Assembly (NCBI GenBank): GCA_040285855.1
Contig: JAUFOQ010000001.1
Coordinates: 1,612,001 to 1,676,000 of the forward strand
Origin: Eukaryota sp. GEM-RC1
Lineage: Eukaryota
Length of the DNA: 64,000 bases
Direction of reading: 5' to 3'
This document shows positions 1 through 12,949 of this stretch, piece after piece. The notes beneath the pieces were generated by a model. That model was not told where the DNA came from and searched no databases. It was given only the letters and a program-made list of their open reading frames with translations. Both the position numbers and the translations under genes were made by a program. Positions within the stretch are counted from its first letter, which is position 1. Every line of letters begins with the position of its first letter.

Positions 1-720
1 CTGTTCTTTGGAGTTGAATCTCAGCTGAATTCCTTTGAACACGTTCAAGGACCATTCGGAAATCCATTGAATATATGAATTTGACCGTGGATTCCTTCTC
101 ACAGAGGACTCTTCTAGTGTAGAAGTCAATCATCGTAGGAAGACAATTGATGCCGTCTTGGTGAGGGACATACGAGTATATTGAGGAAAACTCCTGTAAA
201 GGCACAATATATTCTTGGTCCTGTTTGTATCATCGAGTTTTGTGTGGTGCAACCGGAATTAATAGATTGTTTAATTACAGTCTACAAAGCTATCAATAGA
301 AATGGTTACTTGGTTGGATGAACGTGAGTTGAATTCACACTCGTCGTTCAAGATGGCAATGGGAGCCTAATCAATCCGGATGACTGGTCCGTCTTCGTTC
401 AGCATTCCCAACTGTTTTCAGAGATCGATTCCCAATAATGGTTTGTTGGATCCGGGAATTATTGGGAGGGTCTAATCAACGTTTGTCAGGTAAGCTTTTA
501 TTACTGAGTACGAAGGTTAAGATGCCTTGTGCGCGATTCAAGGGCTTATACTCAACATTGGCGGTGGATGAAGTGAGCAATGGGCATGCTGCACCTCGTA
601 GCCAGGTCTTGTGTGATTTGGGACTGTTGCTCCAATGTCCGCAAAGACCTTGAACTGGAACTCCATCGACATTAGTCTGCAACTAAGGAATGAAGGTGAG
701 TTCTGACTACATTGCTGAAT
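1..720 (-). pseudogene. Degenerate Ty3/Gypsy pol: aspartic protease and possible start of RT
   Basis: Minus-strand frames give VDGVPV.. / VFADIGAT (D[TS]GA-like) and LLIGNRSL (LIG.D.L-like), both retropepsin motifs; many frameshifts; runs off the window edge. Confidence 0.6.
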
Positions 721-966
721 GTGCGATTCAGGCTTTATTGAATTCGTACCACTACTGTTACTGATGTTACTGAGTGGGTTTGGGAAGTTGGTCGGAACCG
801 TTTTCGATGATGGTTGTGTTAAGTGATGAACACTTTCAATGTCAAATACGCTCAAATATCTAACAGTGTTTTATTTAGTATTCTGGTAAGGGATGATCCC
901 AAAAGAATATGTTGTCGATACAAAGGATCAGGTAAGAAACCAAAAACCTTGGATCTTGCTTGCTTT

Positions 967-1256
967 GAGAAAAGGATGAGATGTTGAATCAGTGTCCTTG
1001 ATTCTCGTTTGTGTGGAGAAAGGATGAGATGTTGAATCAGTGTCCTTGATTCTCGTTTGTGTGGAGAAAGGATGAGATGTTGAATCAGTGTCCTTGATTC
1101 TCGTTTGTATGGAGAAAAGGATGAGGTGTTGGATCAGTGTCCTTGATTCTCGTTTGTGTGGAGAAAAGGATGAGATGTTAAATCAGTGTCCTTGATTCTC
1201 GTTTGTGTGGAGAAAGGATGAGATGTTGAATCAGTGTCCTTGATTCTCGTTTGTGT
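967..1256. repeat. Tandem minisatellite, 6 x 48-49 bp
   Basis: Unit GAGAAA(A)GGATGAGATGTTGAATCAGTGTCCTTGATTCTCGTTTGTGTG, copies starting at 967, 1016, 1064, 1112, 1161 and 1210, with no spacers. Confidence 0.95.
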
Positions 1257-2973
1257 TTATCTTAACAAAAGTTTGTCAGATGTATGGTGATATTGATTAG
1301 TCACGGTCACAGGTTCGATTCCCTGTGAGAACCAATTTGTGGAGCAAAAAATCAAATGTTGTTCAGAACGTGTGGAAACAGATCATAGGAGGTTGTTTCG
1401 TTTGCTGTGAATAGAATCGAATAAAATGGTCTTTCGACTCGTAATATACGTTCGGAGAACATCCTCGTCTGAAAAAGGATATTGTTGAGCAGCGGTTGGA
1501 TAGCTGTTACTATAGAAAGTTAAACAGTTTATTGAATTGTGACAGCAGCAGGAGACATCCGTATCTCTTAAACACTAAGAAAACTATCGGATGTTGGCTG
1601 TATACGGGGCTTGGGGAAGCTAACTCACTTAAGGAAAAGAGAGATTTTGTGGGAAGTGGAAGATTTTGTGGAAAAAAATTGTTCAACTTTTTTGATTCAA
1701 GGTTTGAAGTAGCTCTATGAGCAAGTCCTGTCGATACACTACTAACGTTTTGCTGTGGAGAGCTGTTGATAGTGTACCTGAATCTTCAGTTAGAGTTTGA
1801 GGCTGTGGATAGATGCCATCAGCGGATAAACGGACATCTAGTGGAGATGGAATTTTTTTGAAGAGAAATTCGTCAATTGTGAAATTGACCCAGAATCAAC
1901 TTCGTGGATCGGAACCACGTTCGTTGGCAAAAGATGACAGAATCCGTTTGGTAACGATGCGTCAGAAAGGAATCGGGTTTGCTTCTGTCATCAAAGACAG
2001 TGAGTATACCTCTAATACACTATGAAAGAGGCATTTCGGGAATGAACTTCATGCGAATAGCAGTAGTAGCATTGTAAAGTGGGTCTGTACGACCGGATTC
2101 TAAACAGCCAGGTGCTTGGTTGAGAGTGTTCACCGTATAAGAAACTGATGAAACCTGCGTGAATTGAGATTGAACATGGAAGAACAGTCTGCTTTGTTGA
2201 AATTCATGAATCATGTTCAAATAGAAGAGAAACACAGTTCGAACAGGTTGTAGAGTACGCAACTTGAAGCATCCTACGATCGGCTTGTTTTAGTTCCAAA
2301 ATAGACTCCTGTATTTTTAGTTCTTCTTCAGCTAATCCTTGTTGGAAAGGACCAGGTGGGGCCTGGAATAACTTTGAGGAACCCGTCTTGGAAGACCTGA
2401 CAGGCACAAACCCTTGTACGGGAATTATAGGATGGGGTTGGAACCCTCTCGTATCAGGCCTGGACGGCGGAGGTTGAGAATGGTCAGATGAGCCTCTAGT
2501 AGGCGTCCGACCAGACTCTTCATCATCAGATACGTCATAGACACATAGATCTACTAAATCAGGGTCCACGGTGGGAGTGATGTGAGAAACTATGGATTTT
2601 ACACCAACATGAGGAACGGAATCCTGAGCACGTGGAGTCGACGAGGCATCAACTATGGGAAGTGATGAGGGAACAGAACCCTTCTGAGACTTTTTCAGGG
2701 GAACACTTTTGAAAGTGGCTTTTGGCAAAGACTTGAGTGGAGGGAGACCTGAGTCTCGTTCCGGGGCAAACTTAAACCCTCCTGATTGCGACATGGGAGT
2801 TGCTGAAGAAGAGAGTTGTAGGGAAGGAAAAAAGCTTGTTGGAAGTATGAACTCCGCTGAACATAGCTCTAATCCTCTCTAAGGATGGGCTTGATGGAGG
2901 AGATGTATCCTTGAGTACAGACCTCGGAGAAGTGGTCTCTTGAAGAACGGAATCTTCTGTAGAGATGGAACTC

Positions 2974-3247
2974 TGAAGGGCGGGACCTTCCGGAGAGCTA
3001 TCCACTTGGATAGTAGTATCTTCCACATGAGTAGAAGGAAGGGCGGAACCTTCAACTACCGGAATTCTTTGAAGGGCGGAACCTTCTGGGGAAGTTTGCG
3101 GAGTTTGAAGAGTAGGGACGGAACCTACAACCTCGGAAAATTTTTGGGAGGTTATTGGAAGGGCGGGACCTTCTATAACAAACCTACTCATTGTAGGGTC
3201 TGCGACTCTGGTGAATGAGGGGGTTGTGCGTCATACGGGGCGGAACC
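2974..3247. repeat. Short interspersed repeat GAAGGGCGG(A/G)ACCTT, 4 full plus 2 partial copies
   Basis: Full copies near 2975, 3038, 3071 and 3158; they encode EGSAL/EGPAL in the minus-strand ORF. Confidence 0.85.
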
Positions 3248-3333
3248 GCAAGGGACACAATAATTATTGTTGTCTGTAGACATAGGGTGAAGTAAATTGA
3301 ATTTATTATAAGGGTACTGTTCCAGTACTAACA

Positions 3334-4025
3334 CTATCAGAACTGAATTGGACGAACTTATTGCTGAAACTGAGAATGGCCGCCACGTGCTTCCAGTTAT
3401 TGATGTTAGTGGATCAATGAGATGTTATAATGTGATGAACATTGCCATTGGTCTTGGAGTGTTGTGTTCACAGTTATCCACAATTCCAAATCACTTCATC
3501 ACCTTCCATGAGTCTCCTTCTGTGGTTAAGCTTGATCCCAGTGCTGACATCTTTTCTGTATTTAACAGTGTGCGGGCTGCTAAATGGGGAGGAAGCACTA
3601 ACATGGATGGAACTTGTGATTTGGTTCTGGAGCTGCTGACCAGTAACAACATCCCAAATGACTATGTGTTCACCATTATGATCCTTACTGATGGTCAGTT
3701 CAACCAAATGATTAACGACAACTCAACCTTCTATGATCGAATGAAGAGAAAGTTTGAAGCTGCTGGTTATCCTCTCCCTCGAATTGTCTTCTGGAATTTG
3801 AACTCTAGCTCTCCAGGTTTCCCTGTGCATGGAACGCAAGAAGGAGTTCAAATGGTGTCTGGTTATAGCCAAACATTGTTGCAACAGGTACTATCTCAGG
3901 ATTTTACCTTGGAGACCTTACAATCTCTTACTCCAGAACAGACACTACGAGATGCATTGGAAGGCTTTGTAGATGTAGAAGAATGTGTCTTGAATGTTGG
4001 GGAAGATATTTTTGATAGTAAATAA
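3334..4025 (+). pseudogene. vWA-domain protein (DUF2828/DUF7788-like), 5'-truncated
   Basis: VIDVSGSM MIDAS, ITFHESP, WGGSTN, ILTDGQFN, PRIVFWNL, MVSGYS; an ELNW motif lies in an adjacent frame; begins exactly at the retroelement end. Confidence 0.8.
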
Positions 4026-4534
4026 ATATAAACTATCATTTGGTCATTTTTTCCTTTTAATTTGTATTCCTGTTTTAGAGTACTACTTACACTTCATTAC
4101 AACTCCGCAGATTTTATACATCAATAGATACTATATAAAAACAAACATATGTACAATTATACACTCAAAAATGCAGATAGATGACTGCCCAACCAATACT
4201 AACATTTTTATGGGATACCGTTATCACGAATCTATTATATGAGTTCTAGGAGTTTTTTACTCTTCTGTTTTAATTCTGGGGTCTCCTTCATTGGACTCTG
4301 ACACATTTCTTAAGAAGACGAATTCTCTTTGCTAATTTCCCTCCATTATTGGACGTGTGGAAAAACGTACAATCGCATGAAACCACTCTTGGAGCATTTT
4401 AGATCGCCGCTGAGTGCCGTAATTTGTTTTTTGTTTGTACTTTGTGGAAGTACAACAGCTTTATTTTCATCTAGGGAAGTACTAGTTAAACATTGAAGAC
4501 GACCACGTTTATTGTTTAAAAAACCGCAGAAAAT

Positions 4535-5530
4535 GTACAAATCCACCATAACACGTGATCAAATAGTTTTTGCGTCCTCGTTTTTAAGATTTTTGCGAAT
4601 TCATTTACAAAATTCAATGCATTTTTTCCTGAATGATCTTAGATTGATACATCAAAATGATATAATTTAAATACACGTTGAATACAACTATCATGTTGAA
4701 ATATAACATGTTTTGAATGTTTGAGAGGTATCAATGGTGGTGTGGTGTTCAAAATACACTTGTACATTGTTTGACGTCAACCAAAGAACATATAGGACTG
4801 ATTTGCTTTACATAAAAGACATAGTAGGAAACTCTACAAACAGTTGTCATATACCTCGAACTATGCAAGTTTCAGTAATCAGTATAACTAATTGACCCAT
4901 AATCAGTAACATGAAGATATGAATCTACTTAAAAAACACAACATTCATAATCATCCTCTGCGAAACACAATTTTATGTCCAGTAATTTTGAATTGGTCGT
5001 CAAACCTAATTAACTGGGATTGTTTTATAATTGAGACATGATCAAAAAACGAAAAAAAACACCAAATTTGAGATGATCAAAGTTCCAGATACACTTTGCA
5101 AATGGCAAACACTCAATGTTAGTGTAAATCAGAAAGTAAAATCTGATCATGTCTTAGGCTTTAGAACTGATTATATCTGACATTGATTGGTGATATTAAG
5201 CGGTAATTCCAAATTCGAATTTCTAATTATTCTACAAAAGAAAAATAACAAAATATAATTAGGTTAAAAATTTGTATTTTTGTGTATTTTTGTGTAGTTT
5301 ATTTTCGGAGGTGGTGTATATCCCAACTATGAAAGAAACGTACCACAATGAACCAACAAATATCTCTTTTTATATTGGCATAAAACGGACAAATTTTTAA
5401 ATAGATAAATAAGTTCGATGAGACGATATACAACACTTCTTTTAAATTAATTCCTTTTGCTACGTTAATTTTTGGTCATATTGGAAGTGTTGCCGAGGAT
5501 TTCTATGATATCTTTTGGTAATAAACGTAG
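4535..5530. repeat. Diverged direct repeat of ~8105-8540, with an extra ~490 bp at ~4850-5340
   Basis: Shared blocks ACA[CT]GTGATCAAA, ATCAAAA.GATAT, CCACAATGAAC.AACAAAT and GATATCTTTTGGTAAT; the two copies flank the ubiquitin-domain gene. Confidence 0.75.
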
Positions 5531-5642
5531 TTATCAAACGAAAAATGTACTGAAGAGAGAACACCTGAGATTGCCTAACAGAATCTTCGAACAAAATTGT
5601 GTATTACACATAATCCTAAACAAATCTACAACAAGTAAAATC

Positions 5643-7805
5643 CTAAGGCAAACACATTCCACCCCACTCCATAACACTATTGACTTGTCCACTTAAAGCA
5701 AAGTCACCATCATAAGGATCCCACATACAGCCATCAGTGACAGATCTTTCAGTAGGCCTAAAAATAAGGAAATACCTATAGATTGGCACACTAAAGTCCT
5801 CGTTGATGGAAATCTGGAGACTGGCTATTTCCTGAATCAGTTTTGGATTGACAAATACTAGTTCAATGTTTTGAGAAGTGAGACTTTCCATATGTGGTTG
5901 CCAATACGTAACCATTTTCGTGGCTTCTGGGATTTTTAAACCCAAAAAGCAAGCAAGTTTCGGTGTAAAAGAAGAGCTGCTTGATGCCGTGGAACAACTG
6001 TTGAATTTACAAACTGGTCAGCAAATACACTATATCCTTCAGAACTCTCTGATTCCCAGAAGAGAGAAGCTACGGGAGGATACTGGGGATGATGGATGTG
6101 ACCATGATGGTCAACTCGAAGATTCTTCCACTCTACTGAATGAGAAGTTTCTTTATCAGGGTAAGGATATACATGGGTTAAGTGCCAAACATTGGCATCA
6201 AGCTTCAGTTGTACATCAACGTTCTCCCAAGTAGTATCAAGTGGAGGTCTGAATACAATGATAGGTTTGCCTCCTGATAGTCTACGAACTACGTGGATTA
6301 AGGAATCATTAGAAATTTCATAGTCGTACAGTGTCCGACCATCTTCCAACTGCTTCCCAACAAATATCAGTCTCTGCTGGTCAGGAGGGATTCCCTCCTT
6401 ATTTTTGATGATGTTCTTACAGTCCTCTACCGTCATACTCGGAGTGGCATCTAAGGCAATTGTTTTTCCAGTGAGTGTTTTAACTTGGATTGCTGGTTCT
6501 TCATCAAACATTTTCTCATCTAACCATAACCAGCTCAAGTGGTGAACCCCAAGATCTTCAAGACTTCCTTTCCCTCGCAACATTCGATCACCAGAATTGA
6601 GTCCTGGAGCCAGAATTCGTTGTTCGTCTGGATGTATGTTAAATTCCCGTCTTAAAAGTAACCTCAAATCTACCACAGAAGCTTTAGTATCAATTGTGAG
6701 ACAGTCAAATTCCCTAGTGGTCCAGTTCATAACAAAAACTGTCATTATTCCATTTGTTGGTGTGTGCTTACATCTAAATAAATTGTAGGACCTGCGAGAT
6801 GATTTAAATGCATGGTTGTCATCAATAACACTCACATCAAATATACATGCGTCCACATACACCTGCTCACACAGAGGGATTCCTGTTTGGGATTCAAGCA
6901 AGGGCTTGAGATCAGCCAGTTTTGAATCAGCTGCTATAACAAATTCAAGTGATGATTCATCTTCAAGAAACAGGTTGATAGTAAATTCAACGGGTTCTTT
7001 GACTTTGGTACACTGTTGAGCATAGTACGCCATTCCACGGATAACACGAAGTACCTCAGTTACATCAGGTCTTTCTGTAGCATTAATACTGATCATTGAT
7101 ATAACCAGAGATTTCCAAGTGTGCTTCAGCTTCTCGATATCAATGAGAGATTTTCCATGATGATTTAAACGCTGAACCTGTAGCAAGCAATCATTAGGAG
7201 CAGCAGATGAGGGATGAGTATTCGTCAAGAGAGACCAGCAAAGTACTCCCAAGGTACTGAAGTTAGCTTTTGTACATTGATCCATGATGATTTCATCAGA
7301 AGTATGGTTGTTTTAGGACAATGTCTTGTGACTTGTATTGGCCATATTGTATAACTTTGTGAGGGGTACGGGAGACAAGTTCAAGTTTACGTAGATGAGA
7401 AGAGTTGATAATGACTGGTGAAACAGCATCCTTCAGTTCACAAAGCTGATAACGAGACCTGAAGTCGTAGATTTACTGTAGATGATCAGTGCAAAGTCAA
7501 GTTTCCCTTGCCACCACTTAAAGCTATCATCCTCCTCTTCTCTGTTCAACAGTTCAGTTCATCCCCTGCTCTAGTTTTCTCCAAATAGTAGAATACTCTC
7601 TTTCTTTCTGCTTCTTCACCAAGATTGAAATGAGCACATCCACTTGTCCCATTTTCCAATTGTATTCTTGTTTTGTATGAGTAATTACACTCAAAAACAC
7701 ATTTTCTAAAATTTTAGATATCAAGATCATCATCAACATTAATAAAGAAGATACCAATACACAAGTAATAATGACACTTCTCACAACTCTACAGACTTCA
7801 AACAT
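5643..7805 (-). CDS. Frameshifted multidomain gene: kinase-like N-terminus, two ubiquitin-like domains, ubiquitin, and a KPxIxF..YW.P..EWGG C-terminal domain
   Basis: ORF 5936-7285 has [17 protein letters not shown] (kinase subdomain XI-like), [38 protein letters not shown], then KPIIVF..LFWE; it continues in 5643-5945 (MVTYWQP..VMEWGG). Confidence 0.8.
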
Positions 7806-9827
7806 CTACAGATAATATTTAACAAAATCAATTCTTGTGTACAGATATACACTCACACATGCTGGTAGTTGACTGCCCTTTCCACACTGTCGATTGTTAT
7901 GTGATTGTTTTGTCAGCAATTTATTGAATCAATATTAAGAGTGAACACTGCATTCTATAAATGTAAAAAACTTAGGAATCTAAAATTCGATATCATCACA
8001 ACAACTATTGTAAATATATGTTAATACCACAGCTATATTCTCAATAAGGAAACTGCTTGGGAAAAGCTTTGAAGATCAATTGTCACAAAAACAGCAAACA
8101 CTAAACGATTCAACCGTAACATGTGATCAAAACGTGTCTTCACCCTCTTTTGTTACGAGTTGCACTTTCTCCTAAATGATCTTAAAATGATTCATCAAAA
8201 GGATATTCAAATGCAACATGTTTTAAATGTCTGAGAGCTATCAAGGACTCTTTGTGCTTGTAAAAAAATCCTTGTATACTGTTTGACATCTACAAAAAAA
8301 CAATCGGAACTGATTTGCTAAGCAATTCTTCTATATAGAGCAAACAGACGACGGAGAAACCACAATGAACTAACAAATTGCTCTCATTTTAATGGTATAA
8401 AAGCGAACAATTGTTAAATCCGTACATTTGCCCGACGAGTCGATATTACAAAACTCTTGTAAATTCCTTACTTGCGGTATATCAATTTTTGATAATATTG
8501 GAAATGCTGCCAGGATTTTTGTGATATCTTTTGGTAATCATGCGGGATCAAAAGAATATCACACGGTGTAGAAAACATTTGCTTCACACCCTTTGCCGAA
8601 GTCCCCTAGATTTACAGTGTATGGGAGGTTTCCAAAGTGTTTGAATCTTGCACTGGACCAGTTGTATAATTAATTAAAGAGCATTTTCGCACATTAGTAC
8701 TGTACTGGAGAATTGCAATCACTCAACTAGAAGGGTTGTATATTTAAATGAATCACAATGTTCTTCCTCGTTTGTTTTTTAATGATTATGAAGGTCCATT
8801 ATAGAACATTTTTAAGAAAGCAACATGAGAGACTAATATTGACCTGAGTTTCTGCTGAGGGTAATCGTTAGTCGTTAGCGTGACCAAGTTGAATGCTTAC
8901 ACGGTGTCATTGGACCTCAGGTGTACAATGTAGCTTTGCTTTCTGATGAATGTAGCTTCGATGGAAAGGAACTGGTCAATGGGTGATTGTAGAATGAAAG
9001 GCCTATCATTAGATATCCATGTAGATACTGTTTATTGCGAAAGGATGTGTAAATAGACAACTATAACATGTACTGATATCCGAGGATGCAAAAGTAGCAT
9101 AAAACGTCACCAGAACGCGGTTTCTTTCGTCATAAGAAACGTAACAGAACTAGGCGTGAGGACGTCAATCTATGGAATAGAAAGAGAGATTGGAATCCTT
9201 CTTCAACATGGCTGGACAGAAGAACCATGAGGAAGTATAGGATGAAATCATTCCCTAGTCTCTTCCTCATGATAAGGAAGATACTAGGGAACAAGCATTA
9301 TCTTGAAATAGTGATGATGTGGTGAGAATTGTAGGTCTACACGGTGAGGCGAATCGGACGAGGAACAGTTGGAATGGTTCAGACGCTGTGAGATGGATGA
9401 AGATTGATGTTCTTCAGTTACAGTAGAAGAAATCCTGAGAGTGTGAAGTAGGGCTGTTAATGTGAGATGGGAGTTTCTCCCAGTACCAACTACTACTAGT
9501 AGTACTAGTAGAACTCTCCCACTACCCCACCTCCCACTTGTCGTAGGTGAGACTCCCACTCCCACTCCCAACAAATTCTCCCAACTCCCACCCAACTCCC
9601 ATTTTTGTATCTTCTAGTACAATGACACTTTACTTTATAAGCATAACAATCACTAACTCTATATGTGATTCATGAACAACTCTCTCATCTCCCGACATTT
9701 GAACCATGATTTCAAACAAAGGACTGCTTCAATAGAATTACTACTCAAGGAAGCTCGTTAACTTCGTAACAACACACCCTGCCTGAGAAAATAACACTGT
9801 GAAGAGAACCTATTTGGTACAGCTCCC

Positions 9828-10285
9828 TTGCTGAGTCACAATAGAAATCCTATTGAGTCAACACGATTCGTGAGGTTTCTCCCACAATTTTGACCTATAT
9901 CCTTAGGAAGGTTATTAATTATTTTCTTTCAACATCCTCAAGATTCCCTTGTATGCAGAAATTTGTTGACTTATCCCAGGTAATGGTAGTAAGATCGTGG
10001 TTTCCAACATGAATACAGTAGATCGCTCCTACCACGTCAATCCTGCCTAAAGATATAAGACGTACAACTTGATGTTCCCGACTATGCTTCTAAAGCAATT
10101 TCAGAAGGTGTATTGGCAAATCTTACACTCGGTGCTTTTGTCGTCACATCTCCTTCTAATATGGTCTTTATTTATTTTATCGACTTTCCAACTCTCTATC
10201 AGTCCAAGTGTTATGTTTGGAACATCATTATTATTCTTCGTAGTTATTTAGTGGATGAAGGAAGTTCCTCCACTCAGAATTTACT
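9828..10285 (+). repeat. Two-part dispersed module, copy 1 (motif A ~9828-9915, hairpin motif B ~10250-10285)
   Basis: GCTGAGTCA..AGAAATCCT.TTGAGTCAACACGATTCGTGAGGTTTCTCC..TTTTGACCTATATCCTTA and AGTGG..GAAGGAA.TTCCTCCACTCAGAATTT. Confidence 0.85.
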
Positions 10286-10419
10286 CCCCTAACTATTTTT
10301 TTTGGAAGAAGATTGTTCCTTCCCAACTTTCTTTTTATATTTTATATTTTGTAATTTGAATCGATAGAAGAATGACTTCTACCAAAATTGGAAGTCATTT
10401 CCTTCTCCAAAGACTATCA

Positions 10420-10771
10420 GTTTTTAAATATATAAATGTGTTCAGGAGCTTTAGAACCAGAATCTAAATCATTAGTAGTTCTTGAATGTTCAAACATATG
10501 TTCGAGACATAATCATTCAGAGTACCACGAGGGGTTGACTGGGAAACATCATTGTGAGTTTCTACCACTCGAGGTTTGTGATCGGATCCTGAGGGACTGT
10601 GGATACGAGGGCCAACCCAGGCTGTCGTGTTTCCTTCATCTCGAGGGCTTCTTGGAGTTGTCAAAGGTTAGTCACTTTTACCATTAGAAGGACAATAATT
10701 ATTGTTACCAGAATAGATAGACATAGGGAAATGATAGGATGATTTAAAAATAGCTACTCTGTACTTCAACA
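10420..10771 (-). mobile_element. Retroelement-like terminus related to 3257-3333, followed by a short gag-like remnant
   Basis: Minus strand TGTT..CCCTATGTCTA..AACAATAATTATTGT, shared with 3257-3333. Confidence 0.5.
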
Positions 10772-10961
10772 CTGCCACATCATAACACGTGTGGCCAACA
10801 ATTCAAGGGTAGCATTCGAGGACGACATCTAAAATGACGTCTTGTAAGAGGACCTTGGTTAGTAGGAAGCCAGGGATTATTAAGAATGTCAGGAGCAACA
10901 TCTGGGTAGTTAGAAAATTAGAGAACTTCACCTCCCTTGGGTAAAAAGAGAAGAGCTGGAA

Positions 10962-11560
10962 TTAATTGTAGAACATAATGACTGAACTCTTGATACCAAA
11001 ACACGTGCTAAACTTGTCTGAAATATCACAAAAACGCTGATCTAAAGGATTGAGTAACATATTTTTCACAATGGAATCGATGCTGTTTCTATATTCGGTC
11101 GAGAGTTTGACTGGAAAGAATACCGTTCCAAAATTTTCAGATAATTCCGATTGATACACAAAAGAATCTTTAGAAGCATCAGCAAGTGCAGAAAGGCATA
11201 TGAAGTTTGCTAAAATCACTAGGGTTGTATAGCAAACAAAGCTGCTGCAAAATGATTAAAATAGACTGAGCAGAAACAATATCTTCTGCACGTAAAAAAG
11301 ATAAGCACAGAATTACAAATCTGGCAACCATAGTCAAGAGCATTGTAGAATTTGAAAGCCATGTGGTACGGTCCACATTGAAGATGTGGCTCTCCAAAAC
11401 AGAGCTGTTTCATCCATGTTAAATACATTCTTTTGATGATATCTAGAGGCAATTGTACGGATGTGTTCAATTTCATCTTTAATGATTTCTAAGTCTACTG
11501 AAGCCCAATAATTACAGAGCATTCTGAGACCGCTAGGTGCTTTAAAACCATCTTACCAAC
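10962..11560 (-). pseudogene. pogo/Tigger (DDE_1) transposase remnant
   Basis: GFKAPSG (FKASxGW-like) followed by NVFNMDETALFWRA. Confidence 0.7.
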
Positions 11561-12949
11561 CTGCGAAGCACTGAAATGAGTCACTGATTCCTAAATAATC
11601 GCTAACTTTTATTGTCACGGTTCTTATGAGGGCTTCAACTCAAAAGCCTCTTCCATCAATATAGTATAACTCTAAGGACGATGTTGAATATTTTATTATT
11701 GATGAAACTGGATCCATACATTAAAAACAGTATGTCAAAAGTCTCATTATTAGTGTAATAAATGAGAATAGATTCTTGAGAGGTCTGATCAAATTAGTAT
11801 TCATAAAGAAGAAGCATCAAAAGATCTTCTTCATATCCACCAATAGTATCATCGATGCAAGTTTTGTTTGATCTTTGTGTGGGAAGTTATGAAACATCAA
11901 CATCGTAAAAGATCTTCATATCATGCATTATGTCTCCAGTCAAATTAAAAAAATTAGCTCGAATCTTGGTTCGAACGACGGGGTCTCTGGAGAAGAATAA
12001 GGGGTACGCATTTTGATTGTAAATAGAAATGGATCCGTGACATGTATGAGGCGAAAACTGGTTTACTTTAAAGGGTTACTTTTCATACAATCTTTCCGGG
12101 CATGGCACGTATACCAGGACGTAATGTGGATGTTAACTTGAAAAGCATTGGTCATCAAGATAAGTAGTGGACAAGCGATGGCCACTACTTGCAGTTATTT
12201 TTGAGCAACTTGAAACTCTGTTTTATTATCTTTTATTGTTTTAGGAACTTCGATTGGTTTTTTACTTTTCACATGGATCCTGTTACAGACACGGGTGCTT
12301 TGCGAAACTTCGTTAGGCTTCTTCTTCTGAGAGGAAACTATCATTTACAAAACCATAGCATTGATTTTCTTTCTGGGAGCTGGAGAAATGGGTAAGTCTA
12401 TCGGTATAAAAATGAATTTTGGATATCTTATCCCTAAACAGAATTTGCATTTTGGATTTTGCCACACACACACACAGTACAAGTGTTTTATGTTACAATA
12501 GTTCATACACCATAAAAGCATGTGTTGTCCGCTTTTCATCAATTAAACTCTGTTTTGTAGGTAGAAACGATCCCAAAAACGTGAGAAGTTTACTACATTG
12601 GCTGTTAAATCATCTCAATGTTCAAGTGTTGAAGTATATCACTTTGTGTTGGTTTAACATATACTCTGTTTCGTTTTAAAGTTTAAACCTGACATTAAGT
12701 GGTATTTCAGTGTTGAAACTAAGTTTGTATGAGCTGTTAAGTATATATGTGAGGAGCTCAAGATACCTGAAAATCTCCACTAATAGACAGAATCACTGTG
12801 AAATGTTTGGCAAAGTGATGTTGAAAGAAAAGTAAAAACTAGATGTATAACAGAAGACCAAATCAAACCAAAAAGTCAGTCATACATAGTACGAATACCT
12901 AGTTTACAGAAATATTAAAATAGTGTTGTAGTTGTAGAATTGTGTAATT

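Larger units (their letters stand above)
1..3333 (-). mobile_element. 5' part of an LTR-retrotransposon-like element (short TGTT..AACA terminus, Ser/Pro-rich gag-like ORFs, protease)
   Basis: Minus strand begins TGTTAG at 3333; ATG at 3191; frameshifted ORFs 2772-3191, 2204-2794 and 2020-2262 lie upstream of the protease motif. Confidence 0.55.

Noticed and set aside
967..1256. CRISPR array
   Set aside because: Units are contiguous with no unique spacers; no cas genes; eukaryotic context
1300..1334. tRNA gene (ACAGGTTCGATTCCCTGT..ACCA, T-arm-like)
   Set aside because: No convincing D-arm, anticodon arm or acceptor stem upstream; at most a fragment or chance match
11680..12050. Integrase zinc-finger remnant (H..YYWW)
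   Set aside because: Too decayed to support
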